Below, one piece after another: positions 1-9,483 of a DNA stretch of 64,000 bases. The stretch is from contig CBDBMJ010000001.1 of NCBI GenBank assembly GCA_965207455.1, positions 128,001 through 192,000 of the forward strand. The letters are read 5' to 3'. The stretch comes from Bdellovibrionota bacterium. GTDB lineage: Bacteria; Bdellovibrionota; UBA1018; CAIPTA01; JAALKR01. A program made the position numbers and the translations under genes. Each line of letters starts with the position of its first letter. Positions within the stretch are counted from its first letter, which is position 1. Under the pieces are notes generated by a model. It saw only the letters and a program-made list of their open reading frames with translations, was not told the DNA's origin and did not search any database.

Positions 1-347
1 TTATAAACTCTGGTGTGGGTATATTTAGTATGAAGGCTATAGATAACCTGGGAATGGCAGAAGTAACCAGACAGGCAATTAAGAGAGCCATGGACGGTAC
101 ATCAGGCTTCCACCTCTCCTTTGATATTGACGGCCTAGACCCCTCGATTGCTCCAGGTGTAAGCACTCCCGTGCCCGGTGGAGTAAATTTTCGAGAGGCT
201 CACCTGTTTATGGAGCTATTGTGGGACTCCAAGGGACTCCAATCCATGGACATTGTGGAACTCAATCCCATACGAGATAAGAAAAATATCACAGCCGAGG
301 TGATGGTGAAATTAGTGGAAAGCGCATTGGGAAAATCCATTATTTAA
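1..347 (+). CDS. rocF: Arginase/ureohydrolase family, C-terminal part (5' truncated by window edge)
   Basis: HLSFDIDGLDPSIAPGVSTPVPGG and DIVELNP motifs; frame is open back to the window start. Confidence 0.85.
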   Translation, partial: INSGVGIFSMKAIDNLGMAEVTRQAIKRAMDGTSGFHLSFDIDGLDPSIAPGVSTPVPGGVNFREAHLFMELLWDSKGLQSMDIVELNPIRDKKNITAEVMVKLVESALGKSII

Positions 348-410
348 CAGCCACTACGCTATAATCAAGTACATTTTTCTCTCAAAATTTTAGCATGAAA
401 TTGTCCAAAA

Positions 411-446
411 TAAAAAATCCTCTGCCTATTACTAGGCAGAGGATTT
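411..446 (-). terminator. Intrinsic terminator
   Basis: 14-bp perfect stem aaatcctctgccta-ttac-taggcagaggattt, followed by a T-run on the minus strand, just downstream of gene 477-1070. Confidence 0.8.
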
Positions 447-476
447 CAGTTGTTGTTATTGTTATGTTAGTTCGTT

Positions 477-1070
477 CTATTCTTTAACTTTCTTAAAGTA
501 GTAACAGTAATGTGTGAACGTATGGTTAATAACTCCCTGGCTTGGATACGCTGTAAGAGTAGTTTTTGACAGAAGATAGGGCATGCCTGATCCTGGCATT
601 ACGTTCTTTCTGAGGCTATATTTAGTATCGGTCAAAAAAGCAAAGCTATTTTTATATACAAGGCTTCCATCTTCCAGCCTTGAGAACCTCGCGAGACTGC
701 TTATCACAGATTCTGCCTCGCTTACACCATCCTTATCGGTGGGATAAAAAGTATCAAAGTATTTTGGATCTTTAGTACTGTGGAGAAAGAGAAAAAACTG
801 ATGATGACTAGGTTTAGGACCGGCTTGGGATCCAGCAAGCAATGTAGCTTTAGGAGAATTTTGATCTTCTAAGCTATAGCAACGCCCACTCATCCAACCA
901 ATAACGCCGCTTCTCTCTGCTGCTGATGAGTTGTGAAAGTGCCTCTCCAATGTCGAATAGTAAGTGTGTCCATCGAGTCTATCTAGCGGACCATTATCTC
1001 GCTCCTGCATTGTTGCTGCTGCTGTTACGGAAAACGTACATAAAAAAATTACTGCTATTATACTTTTCAT
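477..1070 (-). CDS. Secreted hypothetical protein, family A (paralog of 3092-3679 and 3921-4508)
   Basis: Start reassigned to ATG 1070 (MKSIIAVIFLC signal peptide, purine-rich RBS); shared motifs DNGPL, GWxSGRC, YCYYFKK. Confidence 0.8.
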   Translation of the reverse strand: MKSIIAVIFLCTFSVTAAATMQERDNGPLDRLDGHTYYSTLERHFHNSSAAERSGVIGWMSGRCYSLEDQNSPKATLLAGSQAGPKPSHHQFFLFLHSTKDPKYFDTFYPTDKDGVSEAESVISSLARFSRLEDGSLVYKNSFAFLTDTKYSLRKNVMPGSGMPYLLSKTTLTAYPSQGVINHTFTHYCYYFKKVKE

Positions 1071-1125
1071 AATTCTATTCCTTTCTTTTTGACTTAAGTC
1101 ACGAAAACAAGTGTCCATACGCCAG

Positions 1126-1238
1126 GTTAAATTGATTTTGCTTCTACAGTTACTATCGGATAAACTTAAAAATAAATACAATGATATTATTTGTTCCCTG
1201 TAATAAAAAAAATTTATATCAATTAGCGTTAATCCAAG
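1126..1238 (-). promoter_or_regulatory. Conserved upstream module 1 (second copy at 11382-11496)
   Basis: About 110-bp non-coding alignment, e.g. tcggataaa...tgtaataaaaaaaattta(t/g)tcaatt; TTGATA or TTGACA on the minus strand. Confidence 0.7.
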
Positions 1239-1319
1239 GATCCACAAATGATAGAATATGACAAAAAAATTGCTTTGAATATAAAAGCAAAAATGGAAAC
1301 AAAGCAAAGTGACAGGCGT

Positions 1320-1796
1320 TTAATTACTTAAATGAAACCCAGAACCCATATAGTAAGTTTTTCTTCCTTTTTTAAATTGCTTTAACAGGGATAACTTTTT
1401 CGAGATTTTTCCGTTCTTGGAATTTTTCCAATAGTATTGGGTCCAAGAAGATCCATATTTTTTGGCAGTTTTAAACATGGTTTCTCCCACGTTTTTTTTT
1501 GTTACAGGATCCTTGACCCCTATAACTGAAATGCCGATGTTTTCAGGGGAGTTGGGATTAATAAGAGTTACTCCCTTGCTGTCAAAGATAAAAATATAAT
1601 TTGAATTTTTTAAATCTTGCTGTAGAAAAGCTTCTTTCCCTTGAGCTTGGAATTTTAGAATTGCCATATCAATCATCTGTGAGAGCTCTACCACTTGATT
1701 GGACCAACTGACCTCAAGTCGATGAGTATCCTTTTTACAGATTGTTCCACAAGCGGTTAAACCGAATAGAAGGGCTATAGAAATTAATCGTTGCAT
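1320..1796 (-). CDS. Stand-alone Cache-domain lipoprotein
   Basis: Lipobox LTAC; YIFIFDSKG, NP..IG, KD, WTQYYW, MGSG pattern of single Cache domains. Confidence 0.75.
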   Translation of the reverse strand: MQRLISIALLFGLTACGTICKKDTHRLEVSWSNQVVELSQMIDMAILKFQAQGKEAFLQQDLKNSNYIFIFDSKGVTLINPNSPENIGISVIGVKDPVTKKNVGETMFKTAKKYGSSWTQYYWKNSKNGKISKKLSLLKQFKKGRKTYYMGSGFHLSN

Positions 1797-1915
1797 TTGA
1801 TCTCCTTTTTTGAGGTTAGCGACATCATTAAGAATACTCGATTTTTTTTACATTTTAAAGAGTATAATGAAAATTTTTTGTCATAGGGGCTTCATGCGGC
1901 GCAACTTTGCATTTG

Positions 1916-1948
1916 CGTTCAAATCCCCTCGCTTGGAGGGGATTTTTT
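1916..1948. terminator. Hairpin/terminator; near-identical core at 11673-11689; adjoins a gcgttcaaatcccctc motif also found in the tRNA repeats
   Basis: aaatcccctc-gcttg-gaggggattt followed by T-run. Confidence 0.7.
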
Positions 1949-1994
1949 ATTAGATTTTGACCTTACTCCAAACTCAATGGGTACTTATTTACTC

Positions 1995-2891
1995 CTAGTT
2001 CTGTGCACAGGGTCTGCCAGCAAAGTGAGTCACGCCGGGGCTACAAACTAGGCGAAGTGAATCGGACACTCCATTAAATACATTCGCAGATGGGTCGCGA
2101 AAAGAGTCATGAGGGAAATATCTCCAACCAGTTACATTAACTTCTTTTAAGTTTTTAGCAGAATCAAATATATTTTGTCCACCTCTCAGCCCACACTCTT
2201 TACAAGAATTGGCATAAAAACTAGATAAATCAACTTTAACTACACCAGAAGCAAAAAACATCATATTTACAAACTCTAAATCAGGCGTATGCATAGTGGA
2301 TAAATCAGGATGAGTTAATTTAGGAGTTTTAGCAAACGTAGATTCCATGCTATGCAACCGAGAGGTGTCTGTAGCACCAGAGGTAAATTTCGTAAGGTTA
2401 TTGCAATTATTAAACGAACCAGCCAAACTTCTCCAACCCATTTTTCCAAGTTGTTTCACTTCAATGAGCTTTCCACTAAATTTATACACGTCCGGCCACT
2501 GCTGTAATTTGGCAAAGTTCCAAGCTTCTAGAAGCCCGGAGATTGTAACTGTATAATCTCCCGGTTTTTTGTAAGTATGAGTGGACGTTTTAGGAATATC
2601 GCTACGATAATAAAGCATATTAGTATCATAACTACTGCTACCATCACCCCAGTCAATATCAATGCGATATCCATAGTTTTCAACTAAAGGAAGGGTAACC
2701 GTAAGGCTTTCATTTCCATATCCTTCCATTCCAACACGCCAAACAGTAATAAAAGGTTTTTTATGGTCTACAAATCGTGTCATGTATCGAGTAGTAGCAT
2801 TGGAAATTGTCGGTAGCGCACCACCGACAACAAAAAAGATTAGTGTTAAAGCCCCTAACCATAAGGCATTATTTTTTATTGTATTCTTCAT
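1995..2891 (-). CDS. BspA/DUF285-type surface protein with PKD-like N-terminal domain
   Basis: FITVW..LPL..IDWGDGS..HTY..PGDYTVTISG followed by MxxMF-type leucine-rich repeats; signal peptide. Confidence 0.8.
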   Translation of the reverse strand: MKNTIKNNALWLGALTLIFFVVGGALPTISNATTRYMTRFVDHKKPFITVWRVGMEGYGNESLTVTLPLVENYGYRIDIDWGDGSSSYDTNMLYYRSDIPKTSTHTYKKPGDYTVTISGLLEAWNFAKLQQWPDVYKFSGKLIEVKQLGKMGWRSLAGSFNNCNNLTKFTSGATDTSRLHSMESTFAKTPKLTHPDLSTMHTPDLEFVNMMFFASGVVKVDLSSFYANSCKECGLRGGQNIFDSAKNLKEVNVTGWRYFPHDSFRDPSANVFNGVSDSLRLVCSPGVTHFAGRPCAQN

Positions 2892-2980
2892 AGTTTTCCT
2901 TCTTTCTTTGATTTATTTTAAGAGGCACATTAGTGCAACTCTTTTTATGAGAATACTTTAATTTGAGCTGTTATACCAGT
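2889..2980 (-). promoter_or_regulatory. Conserved upstream module 2 (second copy at 12274-12368)
   Basis: catagtttt..cct..ttgat..taagag.caca..tgca.ctc.ttttatga..taat.tga.ctg.tat shared between the two sites. Confidence 0.6.
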
Positions 2981-3091
2981 ATTTTATACTCGGTAGTTTT
3001 TATGGATTCTGATAGCTAAGGAATGAAACAAAAAATTCCCTGCCTATTACGAAGACAGAGGATTTTGTTGTTTATTACTCTTGGCTTAGTG

Positions 3092-3679
3092 TTATTCTCT
3101 AATTTTTTTAAAGTAATAGCAGTATGGAGTGACTTTTGTGCCATCTGGATAGGATATTCCTAACAAAAGATATTCTGTATCTGACTCTAAACCTATTGTT
3201 CCCTTCCTTACATTCCATCTAGTATTAGAACTAAAATAAGCTACAAGGCTTCTGTCCTTCTGAGTTGATGGTTTTGCTTCATTTATTATAAGACTCTCCA
3301 TAAGTTCTACTAAGTTAGGATTGTCATCAATAAAATTATCAAAGTAGTTCGCATGTATGGAGCTACTCTCAACAATTGAATATTTATGTCGCGGAGTTAA
3401 GCCGTAATCAACCAAATCACCATCAATAAATCCAGCAATTAATGAGTTCCTAGCCCTGTTGGGTGTACTTTTATAAAAGCATCGTCCACTTGTCCAACCA
3501 AGAACATAACTCTCCTGTGCTGGTGCTGCATTGGCAAAAGCCTCTCCCAGTTGATCGAAGTAAGATTTATCACTCACCCTATTAGCCAGTGGACCGTTAT
3601 CCTGCACATTGGCTGCCGCTGACACAGAAAATGCACATAAAAATACCAGTACATAATGTTTTATACTATTTTTTATCAT
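3092..3679 (-). CDS. Secreted hypothetical protein, family A
   Basis: Signal peptide, AAAGGAG RBS, close paralog of 3921-4508. Confidence 0.85.
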   Translation of the reverse strand: MIKNSIKHYVLVFLCAFSVSAAANVQDNGPLANRVSDKSYFDQLGEAFANAAPAQESYVLGWTSGRCFYKSTPNRARNSLIAGFIDGDLVDYGLTPRHKYSIVESSSIHANYFDNFIDDNPNLVELMESLIINEAKPSTQKDRSLVAYFSSNTRWNVRKGTIGLESDTEYLLLGISYPDGTKVTPYCYYFKKIRE

Positions 3680-3920
3680 TAATTTTATTCTCCTTTATTT
3701 AGTTTCGTTTATTTTACTTTAGCTTTTTACAAAAGTAAAAACTATTAAGAGGCACGTTTAGATCACGCATAAATAGATTCAGCTTTCCATAGGCTTCGTA
3801 CGCTATCTAATTTTATATTCGGTCGGTTTTATTGATTCTGATAGCTAAGGAATGAAACAAAAAATCCCCTGCCTATTACGAAGACAGAGGATTTTGTTGT
3901 TTATTACTCTTGGCTTAGTG

Positions 3921-4508
3921 TTATTCTCTAATTTTTTTAAAGTAATAGCAGTATGGAGTGACATTTGTGCCATCTGGATAGGATATTCCTAACAAAAGAT
4001 ATTCTGTATCTGACTCTAAACCTATTGTTCCCTTCCTTACATTCCATCTAGTATTAGAACTAAAATAAGCTACAAGGCTTCCGTCCTCCTGAGTTGATGG
4101 TTCTGCTTCATTTTTTATAAGATTCTCTACAGGTTCTACTCTATCAGGATCGTTATCAATAAAATTGTCAAAGTCGTTCGCACGTGCGGAGTGACTTTGA
4201 ATAATTGAATATTTATGCCGCTGAGTTAAACCGGGACCAACCAAATCGCTGTCAGTAAATCCAGCAATTAATGAGTTCCTAGCCCTGTTTGGTGTACTTT
4301 TACTAAAGCATCGTCCACTTGTCCAACCAAGAACATCACTTTCCTGTGCTGATGCTGCATTGTCAAAAGCCTCTCCTAGCCGGTCGAAGTGAGAGGTCCC
4401 ACTTGTTTCATCAGCTAACGGACCGTTATCCTGCACATTGGCTGCCGCTGACACAGAAAATGCACATAAAAATACCAGTACATAGTGTTTTATATTATTT
4501 TTTATCAT
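3921..4508 (-). CDS. Secreted hypothetical protein, family A
   Basis: Same length (195 aa) and near-identical N- and C-termini to 3092-3679. Confidence 0.85.
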   Translation of the reverse strand: MIKNNIKHYVLVFLCAFSVSAAANVQDNGPLADETSGTSHFDRLGEAFDNAASAQESDVLGWTSGRCFSKSTPNRARNSLIAGFTDSDLVGPGLTQRHKYSIIQSHSARANDFDNFIDNDPDRVEPVENLIKNEAEPSTQEDGSLVAYFSSNTRWNVRKGTIGLESDTEYLLLGISYPDGTNVTPYCYYFKKIRE

Positions 4509-4646
4509 TATTTTATTCTCCTTTATTTAGTTTTAAGTTTCGTTCATTTTGTTTAGCTTTTACAAAAGCAAAAGCTATTAAGAGGCTACTAAGATACAAA
4601 ACATGCTGTCAATAGTTTTTTAATAATATTTTTAACAATTTTATTG

Positions 4647-5546
4647 ACGCAATTTAAAAAATCATCCAAAGATTTTTTCCCCCGCACTAGCTCCTCGCTC
4701 GCTCGGAACCAGTGCGGGTCATTGCTTCGCGTTCAAATCCCCTCTGATTTTTGTACCAAGGGGATCGAGGCTTGGGTTTAATGGATGGTTTTTAAATGTA
4801 AAGTTTGGTAGCTGGAGGGATTCAACCTACTACACAAAATTCCCTCCAAGGAATTTTCTTGCGTAGGCTCCCCTACGCAATTTAAAAAATCATCAAAGAT
4901 TTTTTTCCCCTCACTAGCTCCGCTCGCTCGGAACCAGTGCGGGTCATTGCTTCGCGTTCAAATCCCCTCTGATTTTTGTACCAAGGGGATCGAGGCTTGG
5001 GTTTAATGGATGGTTTTTAAATGTAAAGTTTGGTAGCTGGAGGGATTCAACCTACTACACAAAATTCCCTCCAAGGAATTTTCTTGCGTAGGCTCCCCTA
5101 CGCAATTTAAAAAATCATCAAAGATTTTTTTCCCCGCACTAGCTCCTCGCTCGCTCGGAGCCAGCGCGGGTCATTGCTTCGCTCCTCGCTCGCTCGGAAC
5201 CATCGCACTAGCTCCTCGCTCGCTCGGAGCCAGCGCGGGTCATTGCTTCGCGTTCAAATCCTCTGGATGGTGTTTTTTGAATATATTTGATTCTTTTAGA
5301 GATGATGTTTTATATTGGTAGCTGGAGGGATTCAACCTACTACACAAAATTCCCTCCAAGGAATTTTCTTGCGTAGGCTCCCCTACGCAATTTAAAAAAT
5401 CATCAAAGATTTTTTTGTTCACTATCGGAGATTTTTTTCCCCTCCAGAACCAGTGCGGGTCATTGCTTCGCGTTCAAATCCCCTCTGATTTTTGTACCAA
5501 GGGGATCGAGGCTTGGGTTTAATGGATGGTTTTTAAATGTAAAGTT
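4647..5546 (-). repeat. tRNA-linked structured repeat array (about 4 units, periods 225, 285 and 231 bp) carrying copies of the tRNA-Met 3' end
   Basis: tggtagctggag at 4806, 5031, 5316 and 5547 (the tRNA itself); nested hairpins in each unit. Confidence 0.9.
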
Positions 5547-5623
5547 TGGTAGCTGGAGAGGGATTTGAACCTTCGACCTTCGCTTTATGAATGCGATGCT
5601 CTAACCAACTGAGCTACCCAGCC
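5547..5623 (-). tRNA. tRNA-Met (CAT), probably elongator
   Basis: GGCTGGGTAGCTCAGTTGGTTAGAGCA...TTCATAA...GGTTCAAATCC...CCAGCTACCA; 77 nt, CCA encoded. Confidence 0.92.
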
Positions 5624-5702
5624 ACTCTGTGTACACACTACCGAATACCATAAAATCAGTATAAAGGTTTTTCGTCAAGCGCGATGTTATTCTAAAGAAC
5701 CC

Positions 5703-7937
5703 CTAGAAGCGCCTAGAACCGCCACCACCTCTAGAACCACCCCTATCTCCTCTATCTCCACGATTGTCGCGACTGTCCCGAGATGGTCGCCTGCTGTGCT
5801 CTCCCTCTGGTGGCGGCTTGTAGCCCGGAGGGGGATCTAAAAGCGCTTTTCTGGATAAACGCACTTTTCCCATGCGGTCAATATCCAATACCTTTACCTC
5901 CACTTGCTCTCCTTCCGATAAAACGTCCGTTACCTTGTTCACTCGGTCGTAAGCAATCTCTGAAATATGGAGAAGTCCCTCAGTAGAACCCGTTACAGAA
6001 ACAAAAGCACCAAAATCCACAATCTTTACCACTTTGCCGTTGTAAACTTTGCCCACTTCCACTTCTTCCACTAAACCCTCAATCATCTTCTTAGCCTTGT
6101 TGGCGTTTTCTGAATTGAGAGCAACAATGTTGATGGAACCGTCGTCACTTATGTCCACCTTCACGTCACACTCCTCAATAATTCCTCGAATTACCTTTCC
6201 ACCAGGACCAATAACAGTAGCAATCTTGTCTTGTGCAACTTTCATGGCGTATACCCGTGGAGCAAATTTTGAAATGTCCTCTTTCGGAGCAGAAATAGTT
6301 TTTGCCATCTCTCCTAAAATATGGAGCCTGCCCTCTTTGGCTTGGTGGAGCGCTTTTTCTAAAACAGATTTCGTTACACCATCTATCTTAATGTCCATTT
6401 GTATAGCAGTTATACCATCGGTAGTACCCGCAATTTTAAAGTCCATGTCCCCAAGATGATCCTCATCACCAAGAATGTCACTAAGGATAACAATGTCATC
6501 ACCCTCTTTAATAAGACCCATGGCAATTCCTGCTAAAGGCTTTTTGAGAGGAACACCCGCACTCATCAAAGCCATGGAACCACTACAAACGGAAGCCATA
6601 GACGACGAACCGTTGGACTCCAAAGTCTCACACACCACTCGAATGGTATAGGGAAAGTCTTCCTTACTTGGCATCATTGCACTCAATGCTCGCTCTGCTA
6701 ACATTCCGTGACCAATCTCACGTCGTCCAGGGGGACGAAGCGGACGAGCCTCTCCCACAGAAAAAGGAGGGAAATTATAATGCAACATAAATCGCTTGGC
6801 ACTCGAAGTGGCCCTGCTCTTTAACATTCCATCTTCAATCTGCTGATCCTCTTTTGTACCCAACGTAATGGCAGCCAATACCTGAGTTTCTCCACGAGTA
6901 AATAAACTGGAACCGTGACAACGGGGAAGAACGTTTATCTCAGATTCAATGGGACGAACTTGGGTGGAGGTACGTGCGTCCAGTCGCTTTTGATCCTTCA
7001 CAATCATGGCACGCATATAATTGTACTTGTTTGCTGCCATGGACTTCTCCAACAAAGGCTTTCTCTGAACATCGTCGCTGGCGAATTTTTCCATTACTTC
7101 TTTTTTCACTTCATCCAAAGCACTGTAGCGAGCTAACTTGTCCTTAATGGAAAAAGCAGCCTGTAATTGACTGGAACAAAAATCCCCTACCTCAGCAGTC
7201 AAAGCATCATCTTTTGCTTCCACTGAAAATTTTCGAGTGGGCTTGCCCACCTTGGCTTGAAAATCTTTTTGCAACTGAATCACCGGCTGCATGGACGTAT
7301 GGGCAAACATAATCGCCTCTAACATCTCATCTTCAGACAACTCTTGAGCCGAACCCTCTACCATCACCACCGCATCTTCAGTGCCTGCTACAATAATCTC
7401 TAAATCACTTTTTTCTATTTCCTCAGAGGATGGATTAATCTTAAGCTCACCGTCCACACGTCCCACACGCACTTCCGCAATGGGAGTGGTAAAAGGAATG
7501 TCGGAAATGCACAGAGCGCAGGAAGCGCCAATGGCTGCTACCACGTCGGGCATGTTTTGTGCCTCCACGGAAAGTATGGTGGCTTGCACTTGAACGTCGC
7601 ACATATAGCCTTCAGGGAAGAGGGGACGAATGGGACGATCGATGAGACGAGCACTAAGGGCTGCGTCCGAACTGGGGCGCGCCTCCCGTTTGAAAAAACC
7701 ACCCGGGAATCTTCCCGCTGCATAGTATTTCTCCACATAATCTACCGTTAAAGGGAAGAAACCTTGACCCTCTCTGGCCTCTTTGGCCGCAGTAGCTGTC
7801 ACTAGAACTAAGGTGTCTCCGTAGGAAACTAGCACGGAACCGTCGGCTTGTTTGGCCATTCGACCTGTTTCTATCGTTAGGGTCCTGCCCCCGAGCTCAC
7901 ACTCCATTGTTACTTTATTATTCATTTTATCTGTCAT
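5703..7937 (-). CDS. pnp: Polyribonucleotide nucleotidyltransferase
   Basis: Two RNase PH domains, KH and S1 domains; RREIGHG and GDMDFK motifs. Confidence 0.98.
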   Translation of the reverse strand: MTDKMNNKVTMECELGGRTLTIETGRMAKQADGSVLVSYGDTLVLVTATAAKEAREGQGFFPLTVDYVEKYYAAGRFPGGFFKREARPSSDAALSARLIDRPIRPLFPEGYMCDVQVQATILSVEAQNMPDVVAAIGASCALCISDIPFTTPIAEVRVGRVDGELKINPSSEEIEKSDLEIIVAGTEDAVVMVEGSAQELSEDEMLEAIMFAHTSMQPVIQLQKDFQAKVGKPTRKFSVEAKDDALTAEVGDFCSSQLQAAFSIKDKLARYSALDEVKKEVMEKFASDDVQRKPLLEKSMAANKYNYMRAMIVKDQKRLDARTSTQVRPIESEINVLPRCHGSSLFTRGETQVLAAITLGTKEDQQIEDGMLKSRATSSAKRFMLHYNFPPFSVGEARPLRPPGRREIGHGMLAERALSAMMPSKEDFPYTIRVVCETLESNGSSSMASVCSGSMALMSAGVPLKKPLAGIAMGLIKEGDDIVILSDILGDEDHLGDMDFKIAGTTDGITAIQMDIKIDGVTKSVLEKALHQAKEGRLHILGEMAKTISAPKEDISKFAPRVYAMKVAQDKIATVIGPGGKVIRGIIEECDVKVDISDDGSINIVALNSENANKAKKMIEGLVEEVEVGKVYNGKVVKIVDFGAFVSVTGSTEGLLHISEIAYDRVNKVTDVLSEGEQVEVKVLDIDRMGKVRLSRKALLDPPPGYKPPPEGEHSRRPSRDSRDNRGDRGDRGGSRGGGGSRRF

Positions 7938-8021
7938 TATTTTTTATCTCCAATTTTGTTTTGTTTTACTTTTAGTATCTTTCTGGAAGTAGTGCGCACT
8001 TATAATAATTGAAAACAACGT

Positions 8022-8282
8022 TTATTTACGCAGCTTCAGTGTTTTAATGAGAGCGCTGTAACGAGACACTTCCCTTTTCTTCAAATACTCTAAAAGCTTG
8101 CGACGTTGAGCCACAAGATTTAATAAACCACGACGACCGTGATTGTCCTTTTTATGTACTTTGAAGTGCTCTGTTAAGTGGACTATGCGATTTGTTATAA
8201 TAGCCACTTGAACTTCTGGCGATCCAGTGTCACCGGAAGCACGGGCAAATTTCTTAATCACTGTTTCTTTCTTTTCTAACAT
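8022..8282 (-). CDS. rpsO: 30S ribosomal protein S15
   Basis: [22 protein letters not shown]; upstream of pnp. Confidence 0.98.
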   Translation of the reverse strand: MLEKKETVIKKFARASGDTGSPEVQVAIITNRIVHLTEHFKVHKKDNHGRRGLLNLVAQRRKLLEYLKKREVSRYSALIKTLKLRK

Positions 8283-8374
8283 TTAACCTGCAATATCTTT
8301 ATTTCGTTTTTTTTTATTATTCTGTCGATACCCGAATACCATAGTTTTACAGGAGGTTCAAGGTATGGTGGGTT

Positions 8375-9349
8375 TTATTTTTTTTTGCTCTTTTTGGGAG
8401 CAGGAAGACCCTCCATATGCCCTTTTAAGTGCTTACGGAGCTTCTCAATCACCCGAACCTCTATTTGACGAGCCCTCTCCCTTGAAATCCCAAACACAGT
8501 GGCTATCTGCTGGAGGGTCTGAGGACTCTCCGAGAGCAAGCGCAACTGGAAAATGGCCCGCTCCTTTTCGTTCAAATGGGAATGAAATGTGGATACATGG
8601 TTGAGCAGAATCTCTTTAATTTGATCTTGGGCTAGCTGGTCATCGGCTAACATGCGGTTATCCTTAAGGAAATCCTTTGGGCTCAAGCTCCCTCCTTCTC
8701 CGTCACCCCCATCCTTAAAAGGTTGATCTATGGAAATCTCATGCCCAGAGCTAGACATCCGCATATCCATCTCCGAAACCTCAGACTCCTTTACATCCAA
8801 CTTTTCTGCCAATAGGGCAGGCGCCATGGGAATACCCCTAGCCTCCAAATTGCGCTTTTCCCGCATCAAATTGTAAAACAACTTCTTCTGAGCCTGAGTG
8901 GTCCCTATTTTTACTAGACGAAAATTGTCGATCAAAAACTTTAAAATATAGGAACGAATCCACCAAGATGCGTAATAGGATAGGCGTGTGCCCCTGTAGG
9001 GATCATAGTTAGACACCGCCTTCATTAAGCCCACATTGCCCTCCTGAATCAAGTCCAACATATTCTGGTAGGAATGGCGGTATTCCATGGCAATCTTCAC
9101 CACAAGTCGCAAATTACTCGTCACCAAGGCCTTGGCATACTTCACATCACCCGTTTTTTTAAATTTCCGTGCCAACTCCACCTGCTCCTCAGGGGGAAGG
9201 ATCGAGTAGCGACTGATTTCGTGTAAGTAACGTTGTAGGGGGTCTAAGACCCGTTTCGACGGAACAGGCAGAGAACTTCCCTTAGGTAAAACTATGGGCA
9301 GGTTGGATTTCGACTTTTTACTGCGCTTTTTCACTTTCAGTGTCTCCAA
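8375..9349 (-). CDS. rpoH: Sigma-70 family factor, RpoH/sigma-32-like
   Basis: Regions 1.2-4; RpoH-box-like VKIGTTQAQKKLFYNL. Confidence 0.8.
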   Translation of the reverse strand: METLKVKKRSKKSKSNLPIVLPKGSSLPVPSKRVLDPLQRYLHEISRYSILPPEEQVELARKFKKTGDVKYAKALVTSNLRLVVKIAMEYRHSYQNMLDLIQEGNVGLMKAVSNYDPYRGTRLSYYASWWIRSYILKFLIDNFRLVKIGTTQAQKKLFYNLMREKRNLEARGIPMAPALLAEKLDVKESEVSEMDMRMSSSGHEISIDQPFKDGGDGEGGSLSPKDFLKDNRMLADDQLAQDQIKEILLNHVSTFHSHLNEKERAIFQLRLLSESPQTLQQIATVFGISRERARQIEVRVIEKLRKHLKGHMEGLPAPKKSKKK

Positions 9350-9483
9350 ATAGGTTTAGTAGAGTCTACAGAACAAATAGACGCAAGGCGATGCTATTTT
9401 CTTGACTCTCCACCCATCTTCTACCATATTTGAACCTAGGAAAAGCCACAGCTTTTAGTGAGAAGAAGGGGGATGTATATAGT

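Larger units (their letters stand above)
2981..4586. repeat. Tandem duplication with about 829-bp period (2981-3753 and 3810-4586)
   Basis: Gene, RBS region and downstream degenerate terminator are all duplicated. Confidence 0.9.

Noticed and set aside
1071..1307. N-terminal extension of ORF 477-1307
   Set aside because: Signal peptide and paralog similarity start at ATG 1070; the region is the conserved upstream module
3092..4508. DGR template/variable repeat pair
   Set aside because: Both copies are full genes, differences are not adenine-restricted, C-termini are conserved, and no RT is present
477..4646. Integrase-mobilised island at tRNA-Met
   Set aside because: No integrase and no distal copy of the tRNA 3' end near the arginase side
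5240..5422. 60-aa ORF
   Set aside because: Lies wholly within the non-coding repeat array
4647..5546. CRISPR array
   Set aside because: Repeat units are about 170 bp or more, three of four linkers are identical, units end in a tRNA 3' copy, and there are no cas genes in the window
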